A stretch of DNA of 62,101 bases, the filler included, from Hausera hauseri (lineage: Eukaryota), in the NCBI GenBank assembly GCA_046269625.1. It is 10 parts of 10 records of this genome, joined end to end, with 100 filler letters (N's around TTAATTAATTAA, not from the genome) between each part and the next. Parts side by side here need not be neighbours in the genome. Positions count along the whole stretch, not along the records: positions 32,112 to 41,463 come from JBJURY010401034.1; positions 41,564 to 46,989 come from JBJURY010257957.1; positions 47,090 to 56,719 come from JBJURY010326605.1; 7 more parts are not named here. One strand, given 5' to 3'. This document shows, one piece after another, positions 38,530 through 48,442 of the stretch. The position numbers and the translations under genes were made by a program. The notes under the pieces are model-generated. The model was not told the DNA's origin. It searched no databases and saw only the letters and a program-made list of their open reading frames with translations. Positions within the stretch are counted from its first letter, which is position 1; every line of letters begins with the position of its first letter.

Positions 38530-41463
38530 TCATAAGATTGAGCTATAAAGCTCATCATGCTGCCTGTCGACAATTTCGTCGGGCGCAAAATAATTTAAAT
38601 TAAAGTTAACATCATATTGCATCACATTCTCATACACATTAAAATTTTCGAGGAAGAATGCTTCATTTGATAACTTAAAATATATTGCTAAGGAAAAGCA
38701 AACTATAATCATAAAGCCTGAAGCGATTATCACAATTATCCAAATGTAAAATAGAGCAATCGAAGTTCTTTTTGGTAATGCAGTCGCGCTTGTTGTCGGA
38801 GCAGGTATATGTGAGAAGAAGTAAAAAGCAAACTTTTGTTTCCAATTTGGAAATTTTTTTCTAAATGGTATGGGCTTTTCTAAAGGTTTGGAAGTTACAG
38901 AGCGTGTTATATTGCGTTTGCGTGTTGTTAAATTTAATAATGATTCATTAGGTGTAAATTTGACTGTTGTAATTAAGAGGTCCATTTTCGTAGAAACAAA
39001 TCGTGAGTTTACCATAGCAACTCTTGGTTTTATCCAAGGTGAGGACTTAGACGAAATTAAATGTTTTAAGTTTAGTGTAGTATTAATTATGACACGACGT
39101 GAGGGATCTACCAAGACTGTGAACTGGATCCTACATACAGAGGGTCGGAAGTGAATATCTTCTTTCTTCAGTACTATAAGCCGAGGCGGAGAAGGTCCAA
39201 CGGATACCGACCAATGTTTCCCTACGTATGTGGCTTCCAACACTGGGGGGTTCCACCGTGTTCGTAATACGTCAATAGAGGAATAGGGAATTGCTTTCCA
39301 CAGAAATGATCCTGATGTAAATAAAGGTTGAACAGGGGGAATTAACCAGTCGTGTATGAAATATATATTCATCTCAGATGTTGGGATAGTAATTCTAATC
39401 CATGTTGACTTGTTATAGTGTATAGGAAAACGTGGTATATCGAGGGAGAATTTTGGAGTAATTATCCGTCTAGTGAAATTTAATTTAATTCCTTCAATTT
39501 GTACCAAAACTCCAGATTGTTCTTCAGTCCATAAATACTGGTAAACTAAGAATGGTTCTCTGAAGATCCGAAACGAAGGTGTCTGCAAAGGTGGCGTTTC
39601 CCACCTGTCAACTATTGTCGTTAAATCTTGATCAAAGAAGGCGAAGGTTTGCTGCACTATGGGTTTATCTACTGGATAAAAACATGCGCCACCAGGTGAC
39701 TCAATTGTACAAAGGCCAAGAAATTCTATTGACTGATTATTCCAGATGTGAAATAGTAAAATTTTAACAGTGTTAGTTGTGTGAGGAATATTTGTATGTA
39801 AGTAAGTTATCTGATTTTGATGTCTCCAACCCATATATATTACTGGTCGACATTCGTAATTTCCTAAGCAATGGACTATGGTAAAAAGGAAAGTTGCGTA
39901 TAGAACACGACTTCCAAATAATGTAGAGCAAATTGGTTGAGTGGCATCTGTTACTTTTATTTTTTCTATCTTTTCATCTTCCTGCCGTTTTATTTCTGGA
40001 TTTTTACTTTTCGATATGGGCGGAGAAGTTAATTTGCACCATTCTGCTGCTAGACAAACAATTTCATTACGTTTACCTACTTTCTTTTTAATAAAAATAT
40101 TATTATCTGTAACTCGTTCAACCTGATAGGGTCCCTTCCATGGACGAGTTAATTTAGGTGATAAACCTTTTTTTGTTACATGGTCATAAACCATTACCCA
40201 ATCATCTGCTTGAATTTTGTGAGGTCTAGCATGTTTGTCATACTGCTTTTTATATTGTTTTTGATAGTCTAATGTCAGTGACTGAGCTAACGCCCAAGCT
40301 TTTGTTAATCTTTCCTTTAGATAGTTTACATAATCTGGTTCACTTTTTGCCAATGCTTCATTTGGTATAAATTCTAAATCTATGGGTAGTAAGGGCTCTC
40401 TTCCATACATCAGATAAAAAGGAGATTCATGCGTTACTGTGTGTGGCGCAGATCTCAAGGCGAACATGCAGGCTGGAATAAATAGGTCCCAATCATCTTG
40501 CCGATCATTCGTTACCGTTGCCAACATAGACAATAATGTTCCGTTCAGCTTTTCTACCATTCCATCTGTTTGTGGATGATATGCAGCAGTTTTAAGTTTA
40601 TATATCGTGAACAATTTGCACACTTCTTCAAACATGTGATTTATAAATTCTCTTCCTTGATCGGTTAATATTTTTCGTGGAGCGCCGTACCGAAAAACTA
40701 TTTCTTCAACAAACAAAGCTGCAACAGTGAATGCCGTCTTATCAGGCATTGGAAAAGCTTCCGGGAATCGTGTTAAATAATCGATAAATACTAATATGTA
40801 TTGATTGCCACTTTGAGTTTTATGTAATGGGCCAACAATATCCATCGCAGTAAATTCCATCGGTCTTGCTGGTGGTGTTATAGGGTGTAACTGCGGTTTA
40901 CTGCGTAGTCCTCTAGCTCGTCTGGTTACGCAGATTTGACAATCTTTACACCATTGTTCCACATCCTGTTGAATAGTTCTCCAATAATACTTTGTTTTAA
41001 TTCTTTCTAAAGTTTTTTTAAAAGCCGGATGACCCGCTAACATCCCATCGTGTTCTTGGTGTAATATATCTCTTCGTTTTTCCAATGGTATTACAATTAG
41101 TTGTCTATTACGATGCCAATATCTTAATAGATCATTAATAATAAGATAATGCGATCCTTGGTTTAATAAATGATGAGTCAAGGTTTTCTCTTCCGTATTA
41201 ATTTTCTTTGTTCTCACAAATTCTCTGATTATTTGTAATTCGGGATCCTTTTCTTGTGAACATATTAATTTCTGAATATCGGTTTCGGTCAATTGATCAT
41301 CGAGTAGATCTTTATGGAATATTTGCATTTGAGAAACATGAATTTGTTTACTTTCAATTTCGAGATTTTCTAATTCTTCTTTTGTAGCTGGTCTTCTAGA
41401 TAATCCGTCAGCATTTCTGTGAATTTTCCCATGCTTGTAATAGATAGTAATATCATAAGCCTG
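38530..41463 (-). CDS. pol: Pol 3' end (RNase H tail, HHCC zinc finger, DDE integrase, GPY/F) fused in frame to a type I membrane protein
   Basis: Frame is open from the contig edge (HRNADGLSR); H..GH...CQIC, MDIVGP, TDQGREF, YHPQTDG.VE, WKGPY; hydrophobic segment at ~39862-39910 and TM helix at ~38677-38762. Confidence 0.93.
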   Translation of the reverse strand, partial: QAYDITIYYKHGKIHRNADGLSRRPATKEELENLEIESKQIHVSQMQIFHKDLLDDQLTETDIQKLICSQEKDPELQIIREFVRTKKINTEEKTLTHHLLNQGSHYLIINDLLRYWHRNRQLIVIPLEKRRDILHQEHDGMLAGHPAFKKTLERIKTKYYWRTIQQDVEQWCKDCQICVTRRARGLRSKPQLHPITPPARPMEFTAMDIVGPLHKTQSGNQYILVFIDYLTRFPEAFPMPDKTAFTVAALFVEEIVFRYGAPRKILTDQGREFINHMFEEVCKLFTIYKLKTAAYHPQTDGMVEKLNGTLLSMLATVTNDRQDDWDLFIPACMFALRSAPHTVTHESPFYLMYGREPLLPIDLEFIPNEALAKSEPDYVNYLKERLTKAWALAQSLTLDYQKQYKKQYDKHARPHKIQADDWVMVYDHVTKKGLSPKLTRPWKGPYQVERVTDNNIFIKKKVGKRNEIVCLAAEWCKLTSPPISKSKNPEIKRQEDEKIEKIKVTDATQPICSTLFGSRVLYATFLFTIVHCLGNYECRPVIYMGWRHQNQITYLHTNIPHTTNTVKILLFHIWNNQSIEFLGLCTIESPGGACFYPVDKPIVQQTFAFFDQDLTTIVDRWETPPLQTPSFRIFREPFLVYQYLWTEEQSGVLVQIEGIKLNFTRRIITPKFSLDIPRFPIHYNKSTWIRITIPTSEMNIYFIHDWLIPPVQPLFTSGSFLWKAIPYSSIDVLRTRWNPPVLEATYVGKHWSVSVGPSPPRLIVLKKEDIHFRPSVCRIQFTVLVDPSRRVIINTTLNLKHLISSKSSPWIKPRVAMVNSRFVSTKMDLLITTVKFTPNESLLNLTTRKRNITRSVTSKPLEKPIPFRKKFPNWKQKFAFYFFSHIPAPTTSATALPKRTSIALFYIWIIVIIASGFMIIVCFSLAIYFKLSNEAFFLENFNVYENVMQYDVNFNLNYFAPDEIVDRQHDELYSSIL

Positions 41464-41590
41464 NNNNNNNNNNNNNNNNNNNNNNNNNNNNNNNNNNNNN
41501 NNNNNNNTTAATTAATTAANNNNNNNNNNNNNNNNNNNNNNNNNNNNNNNNNNNNNNNNNNNNGAAATAATATTAATCATCATCCTCCTC

Positions 41591-42044
41591 ATGGAAATAG
41601 TAAACCAACTGAAGCCGTTTCAAATTTTGGATGCATTATCAATTTTAGACTTGGTACGATAGTGGCAAGTACTTGATAGTGAGCTGGTTGCGAGAGCAGC
41701 AGGTGATTTTAGATTTAAAGAAGATTTAGCGTCAGTAGCTTTGATGACATCAGATTACAGCTCTATTGAAAATCATTCACCGATTTTATGATACAAATTA
41801 CTTCAATACTGTTGAAAAGGCACGATGTGAATTAAAGAACCTAAAAGCGAAAATAATTGACAAAGTACGAGACTGTCAGTTTATGTGTGTACTATGTAAA
41901 CAAAGAAAAGTGGATACGGTATTCTTAATGCGCGGCCATCTCGTTGTTTGTCAAATGTGTTCCACCAAAGTAACCCACCACTGTCCAGAATGTAAATGTG
42001 CTATAATGGAAATTGTACACATTTATTACGAAGGACTTCAATAA
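41591..42044 (+). pseudogene. IAP-type RING-HC E3 ligase-like gene next to Polinton pPolB
   Basis: CVLCKQRKVDTVFLMRGHLVVCQMC...CPECK..I, with one Zn-ligand Cys replaced by Arg; upstream part has a stop and a frameshift. Confidence 0.75.
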
Positions 42045-42955
42045 CGGAACGAAACAGTGTCATGGGCTTCAATGACGTGGAGGTAATTTTAACTGGTACG
42101 TATCATTGTCATGAGACAATACTCAAACTAAATGTCTATTGTTTACAATGAAAACAAACCGGTATGAACAAATTTGATATAAATATGAATGCAATTTCAT
42201 TTCACGTTTGTCTTTAAAAAATGTCTTTGGAAAACAATTCATCAGGTGACAATTCCCCGAATCTCTCAAGAGCCCAGGTACATCGAATATTCGCTCAGAC
42301 ATTCTCGGTTGTATAATGGATACAACTTCCATTATCTGCGCAACGCTATTTAATTTCCATTGATGCAAACGGTCAAAATCAAACCGGTGAAATATGGCCT
42401 ATTGGTGAAAAATATCAGCGACGATGATTTGGATACAATGGAAGACAATTAGAAAAGTTGACAGTGATTTGGTGTTGACTAACGATATCCGAGACACATC
42501 GTCGATTTTTCTGAAAGGAAATATGGCAAAAATTGTCAGTTCACATGGCAGAGAAACAGCAGCAGCAGTTTTGCCACCGGAAGGAGCTAAAGGCTACCTG
42601 ACACTAAAGCTCAAAGGATTCAAGAAAAGGAACGGCGTCAAATCACCAATATGGAAAATGAAAAGTTTACTATGATTTAACTGACGTACTTTGTGTTTTT
42701 GTGATTTTAGTTTTCCTTCGATCAATAAATGTAATCGTGTTGCATATTTTGTTTTCTCATACAAGGTTATTTTACTTTTACTTCTATCATAATAATAATA
42801 AGTTAAGTAGTCGAAAACAAAATACAAGACACTGAACAAAGTAAATTAATAACATTGAAATAAAACTACAAAATATAATTGTCAATAATTGTCACAATAT
42901 CCAGACCAGATTGAATTGCCTGCATCTGATCTGATCTGACACCACCGATCGTGTT

Positions 42956-45900
42956 TTATTTCAACCTCCAATGTCCATACGCCAAACTCTTACTTCGCTC
43001 CACCCACTTTCGCTTATCATCGTTACATGACAAAGCGACTTTCGCATTAGTTATTGTATACAGCTGGTGCTCCATTGATCTGGTAATCGTTTGAGACACA
43101 ACAGCCACTGATTGTCTTCCTGCTGCTGCATCATATATACGGCGATAATCACCGTGGCCGATTTCCGTCTGTCTCAGCTGGACTGCTTTTGCCCGCATTT
43201 TCGGTCCACAGACCGTCAGACAACTGTAGCATTTTTGGCGTAGGAATATCCATCCCCGTTCCTTGAAGCAGCCGATTTTATTGGTGATCACGCTGCTGTA
43301 CAACGGATGATCCTGTGGACAGTTGGACGTGTCCAGTAATCCATCTGACTGAATTTGCTGCAGTAGCTGTTCACAATTGACGTTTTTCAGTCGCAGGAAA
43401 AAACTGTCTGTGTCACCGGCAATTATGTACATATTGCAGCCGCCAAACATTTGCCAGTAACGTGCCAAATCGCAATACAGTAGCTCATACGTCCGCAACT
43501 TGCTCAGGTCCAATACTACTTGTCCGATGTAACTTGGTCGGTCCAGAATGACTTCTCTGTTTAACAGCGCCGCAACCAATCCATCGGCAATTAGCATTGA
43601 CCGCCTGAACTGAGCCTTGCTCGTGTACGTGACCAGCAGCTTTTCGCTATTGCATAAGCGTACATTGAGCCGCTTTTTCAGATTCTCCACTGTTTTTCCG
43701 TACAGAGAATTGTTTTTCAGCTTGTAATAGTCCTTTTCGAACTTTGTACAATCTGCGGCTCGTTTCTCCGAATTTCAATCTATGTACGCGTTGAATATGA
43801 GAGCCTGAGCAAATCGGATTGCACGATACAGCTGTATGACGCGCACATAGAGCTGCATGTAGAACTGTAGCAGACGCCAATGGACCACGTAATTCAGTTT
43901 CGGTTCATGCGCCATGAGCAGTTTCTTCACTTTTGAGCCTGGCGGACATTGGTTAAATGGTGCAACCGGTAAATAGTCCAAAATGTCATGCAGATCATCT
44001 GGTACCACGAGATCGACATCCATAAGGTATCCGACTGAGCCTGTCATGTCTGCTCGTCGTCCGGATCTTGTCTATCGACAAAACATTCGAATGAACCGAA
44101 AGGCAAGGGTTGTGAAAGCGCCCAGCCATACAGGTTATTAATGCCAGTATACAGCAGTAATATGGTATCGGTAGCACGGACCTGATTCTTGTTGACAAAT
44201 GTCATGCTGCCGCGAATATCAACATCAAATAGCCGGTACATTTCCGGGTCTAGCAGCAGCTCAATGACTCGATCCAGTGACGTTAGAGCTGACGCCCAAC
44301 TCATTCCCAGTATGGAATAAAAGTTAAGTGGCTCCAATCTATCTTCTGCCAGTGTTTAGGTCCGAAATTCGTCAAACACGTCTGCTAATAAGTACACGTC
44401 CAGTTCAAGATACTGGAGCATGTAATCCAACATGTTTCTACAGCCCAGTTCTGTCCAAGATTCTTGTACTCTCCGATATTCATCTTCTGTGATGCTTGTC
44501 CATCGCGGCCGTAATTCCTCTGCTGTCCAGAGTCGCTCATATGATGTTGCAAAGTCATAGAAATATGCCTTTGCTGCGTGCAATATGTACAGAAAACTGC
44601 GTCAGTGCTAGACATTTACCAGACATTTACCAGCTTTGCTAATGATTCATTGAGAAATTGCAATGAATCAATATAGCGTACATGGAATCGATTTACTCGT
44701 GCCGACGGCGATAGCTATTTCTCCATTGTCGTTAGGATTATGGACAGATCCCATTGCGAAAAGCAGTTAATGGCCCATTTGAGAATATTGGGACAGTCAT
44801 AACCTCGGAAATTATACAGATCAACGGCAGGAATAGTCGCACTCGCCTTGCTAAATTGCATGAATTGCATGCTGCTCCGACATATCGGCCGGTAAAATGG
44901 TCGTGATCCAGTACGAGCCGTTACTGTGCATCAAACGGTATTATTTTGTGGCACAGATAGCATTCATCGGTGACTGCGAAAAGCAACGGTTGATATTCGT
45001 CTGCCAAAATCAATGGCATATTGCAATTGTTGCGATACCATGGTGCAATTTCCGTTTCCACTCTGGTTTCCAACTGCTGCGGGAAATCACTTACACAGTT
45101 CCAACCATGGAAAACGTAATATTGCGGTTGTCCGGAGGCTTTTATTGGTACTAGTAACATACCGACGGCAATTGGAACGTGCTTTTGATCGTATACATTG
45201 TGTCGTGGTAAAATTGTTTCGATATCGGCATACACAACATATGCCGTACTGTCCGATTTCAACCAGTCACTGAATCTAAGCTCCTTGTTGTCCCTGATGC
45301 GTTTTGCCTGCATAGCGTGACATGCTTCTACCAAGTTGTTTCCAATCTGAATTCATACAGACATACAGAACACCATCTATATTGTATTCGCTTTTTGATG
45401 AACTGGACATGCTCCATGTTCAACGGTCTATCCAAATTTGTCACTGCCACGTAATGAAAATTTTCGGACTGCTCCAACAGCAACAAATTTACCGAACGTC
45501 CATTCGGGTTCCGACTGCGATAAATTATGTCCACATGGGGGTTCTTATAAATTCCTTCGTCTTACGGTATTTCAACTAATGTGTTGTACCGGAAAACGTT
45601 GATTGACAGCGTCGGATTATGCTGTTCAAAAGCCGGAATGGTTTTCAGTTTCATCGGCATCCAGCATTCATCAAATTGCAATTCGGAAAAATACTGCCGA
45701 TACTGATTTGGACGATTTGCATATCTGTTCACTGCGCTTTACTTCAATACAGCCAGAATACTGTACAGAAAACAGTATTCCTCGTCAGTATTTTGTACAT
45801 TCACTATCGCAAGAGACTACTTTAGAGATGTAGGTGTCGGTATGAATGACCGTCCAGACAAATACCACGTCACTCGACTTTGTTATGATAAAGCCGAGTG

Positions 45901-46399
45901 CAACAATTCGTATAATTCTCCATCCACTACCCTGTTCGGTATAGTTGGCGATTTTCTCATCCAACTTTTCGCCTACATCGGCAATAAAATCTTCGGAATA
46001 CAGCACGACTCGATGTGACAGGTACCATTGTTTTCTGCCACATTCAACGTTTTGAAATTCTGCAAGTGCATAATATTGCACTTTGCAGTTGTTGAATTTG
46101 AATTTCTCGACCTCTATTTCCAACCGGCTGCGCACACTGGACGGAACATTCCTCAGCTGTAGCGTTGTCCCCGACATGTTTACTTTCACGTCCACGTACG
46201 ATTTGTTTAGATCGTACTTGACAGTAATGGAAGGTTCCTGCTGTTGCATCTGTTCCTGCTGCTCCTGTTGCATCTGCTGTTGCTGCTGTTCGGTACTGTT
46301 TCGGATTAAGTCATCAAGACTTGTTGAGACCTGACGTTTCTTGCATACTGGATTTTTTGTCATCACTATTTCCTTTTTCGACCGCTGAAACTGGTTCAA
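42956..46399 (-). pseudogene. polB: Polinton protein-primed family B DNA polymerase with Endonuclease VII-like insert
   Basis: QGSGW, HYVAV, YADIE, CYLC...DHDHFTGRY.GAACN.CN, Y...DVYLLADVF, NNLYGWA, YIGQVVLDLSK, GDTDSF, ALS..DDKR; many frameshifts. Confidence 0.93.
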
Positions 46400-46446
46400 G
46401 TAGTCCTTGTGCTAATTATAAAATTGTTCATAGTTGATTTCATCAA

Positions 46447-46728
46447 CTATAAACAACCGGGACAAACGTAGGTCCGTTTACCGTGCACCGTTGTGGCGCC
46501 ACAGTACTGCTCAATTACACTATGGTAACCATCAACGTCATGCACTCTACTACTACTACAGCATCGCGGGCATGTGGGACAATGCACAACCATCATCTTT
46601 GCACGCGTAAAGGGGCCAAGATGACGCTTGTGCATCGCATAAAAGTCGGAGTATGGACAAAGGGCCGAAATACTACCGTACGTTGGGCACAAATATGAGT
46701 CCGTGCCAATGATGTAATATTTAGCCAC
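46447..46728 (-). CDS. Small Cys/His-rich ORF upstream of pPolB
   Basis: 93 codons with HCPTCPRC and CPGC motifs; co-oriented with pPolB. Confidence 0.35.
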   Translation of the reverse strand: MAKYYIIGTDSYLCPTYGSISALCPYSDFYAMHKRHLGPFTRAKMMVVHCPTCPRCCSSSRVHDVDGYHSVIEQYCGATTVHGKRTYVCPGCL

Positions 46729-47089
46729 CTGCTAATGGCACTGCTCCTGCTCCACATGTATGCGCGTGACTCAATACATGGGATAATTAGTACACTTCTT
46801 AATGGAAAGAAAATAAAATGTTTTATATCAAGTTATAAATACTATAAGTTGAAATATGACAAATTATTTGTCGGGTTTGAGAAAAAAAGAAGTCTCCTTA
46901 CTCCTTTATAGACAATTATTCTAAACACTACAATTAAAATCACATGCAACAGTACAATGAAAGCGAGATTAAGAAATTGACAGATGACANNNNNNNNNNN
47001 NNNNNNNNNNNNNNNNNNNNNNNNNNNNNNNNNTTAATTAATTAANNNNNNNNNNNNNNNNNNNNNNNNNNNNNNNNNNNNNNNNNNNN

Positions 47090-47281
47090 CAAACAATTTT
47101 CATTTTTAAGCATCCCATTTTCTACAATGGGTGATAACGTTTCTGTATACATTTGCAAATTTGTATCGACTGAGGCACTTAGCTGTGATTGGAATGTCTG
47201 ATGGGATTTTGTGTGTTTTCGCAGAGAACTGGGATCGGTATATCGTTTACCACAACCAACCACGGTGCAACAGTAAGGTTT
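47090..47281 (-). CDS. GLIS: GLIS-family C2H2 transcription factor exon (zinc finger 5 onward)
   Basis: Acceptor ttcattcag followed by [27 protein letters not shown]; the HxxxH spacing is GLIS-type (GLI has HVKTVH). Confidence 0.88.
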
Positions 47282-48442
47282 CTGAATGAAACATACGATA
47301 AAAAGCGATTAACATTTGGTTTTGATGGAAGGTCAGAGAATCATAATAAAATTGCAGGATTAGGTCAATAAAATGTTTAGAGTAGTGATCATAAATGATG
47401 AAAGTTACCTAATATATTAAATAATTTTTAAACTAAATATATGACACATTCAACTACAAAAAAGCAACTCAAGAGTACGGATGACTAGTGCGATTGTCAA
47501 ATAGTTACGGTCCTCAGAATATTGCTTATTTTAGACAACTGTTCGGTACAGTTTCCATGTGTACAAGTTTGTGCAATGTTTAACTGGCTTGCTTCCTTCA
47601 GACACAACATCAAAGTTACAACCTTATGACCAAGGAATTATCCTCGCATACAAGCCACAGTATAGCCACTTACTTCTTCGACAGTATCTGGTTGATATGG
47701 AATCCTAATGATGCTATTTATCTCCTCAATAACAGTTTGATTGATGTTAAATCTTCAATAATTCGAGCTTCATGGAGGTGATCAGGAGTTAGTATGAATA
47801 AAAATGCCATTGAAGTAATCCGAGAAGCTGAAATCTAGAGTAAGTTAACATTTTTGAGAGAATTTGTTGGATGGAAGTCCCTCCTTGTGTACTGCCCCAA
47901 ACATACATTGACGCTAATCAGTGGAGTTATACAATTTGTGACACTGTCCATTCTGTCAGTACCACAATAAGTCAGCAACATGGCAAAGAATCAGATAATG
48001 AAGATAGTAATAATGACAGCATCCCTAATAATTTACACGTCCACTGCGAAGGACATAGAGAATCAATTATAAGTTTACTCCAATTTCTGCAGTTCGAAGA
48101 AAGTAGTCAATCAATTGCAATTTATGAATTAGATAAGTTACAAAAAGCTGTAGAATAGTCAGTTATTAAGAGAAACGTGGAAAAATTAATACTTGGTTTG
48201 TTTCACAAAAAATAAAATATTTTTCTTGTTGGATCGAGTTATCACTTTGAAAAATTTAATGATTTTAAAAAGAGGTAAGCAGCTATCATTGCTGCCAAAG
48301 AATTCTAAAGGGTCAGAATTACCCAGATACAAAAATACATTGTTGGTGCAGAGGAATTCAGATTTTGATATTTTGATGCACCAACAAAGTCAGGTTGATT
48401 TTTTTGAACATTTTAACCTTTCAAATCGTCGAAGAACGTGGG

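Larger units (their letters stand above)
32112..41463 (-). mobile_element. Large Ty3/Gypsy element in permuted order: pol 3' end + membrane protein + readthrough ORF, PPT, single LTR, PBS, gag
   Basis: Long uninterrupted ORFs running off both contig ends; LTR signals listed separately. Confidence 0.92.

Noticed and set aside
38467-38533. ATGA overlap suggesting termination-reinitiation at the pol stop
   Set aside because: That ATG opens only a 22-codon ORF in a different frame from the downstream gene.
38913-38924. TRKR as an Env furin cleavage site
   Set aside because: Lacks the P4 Arg and is not followed by a hydrophobic fusion peptide.
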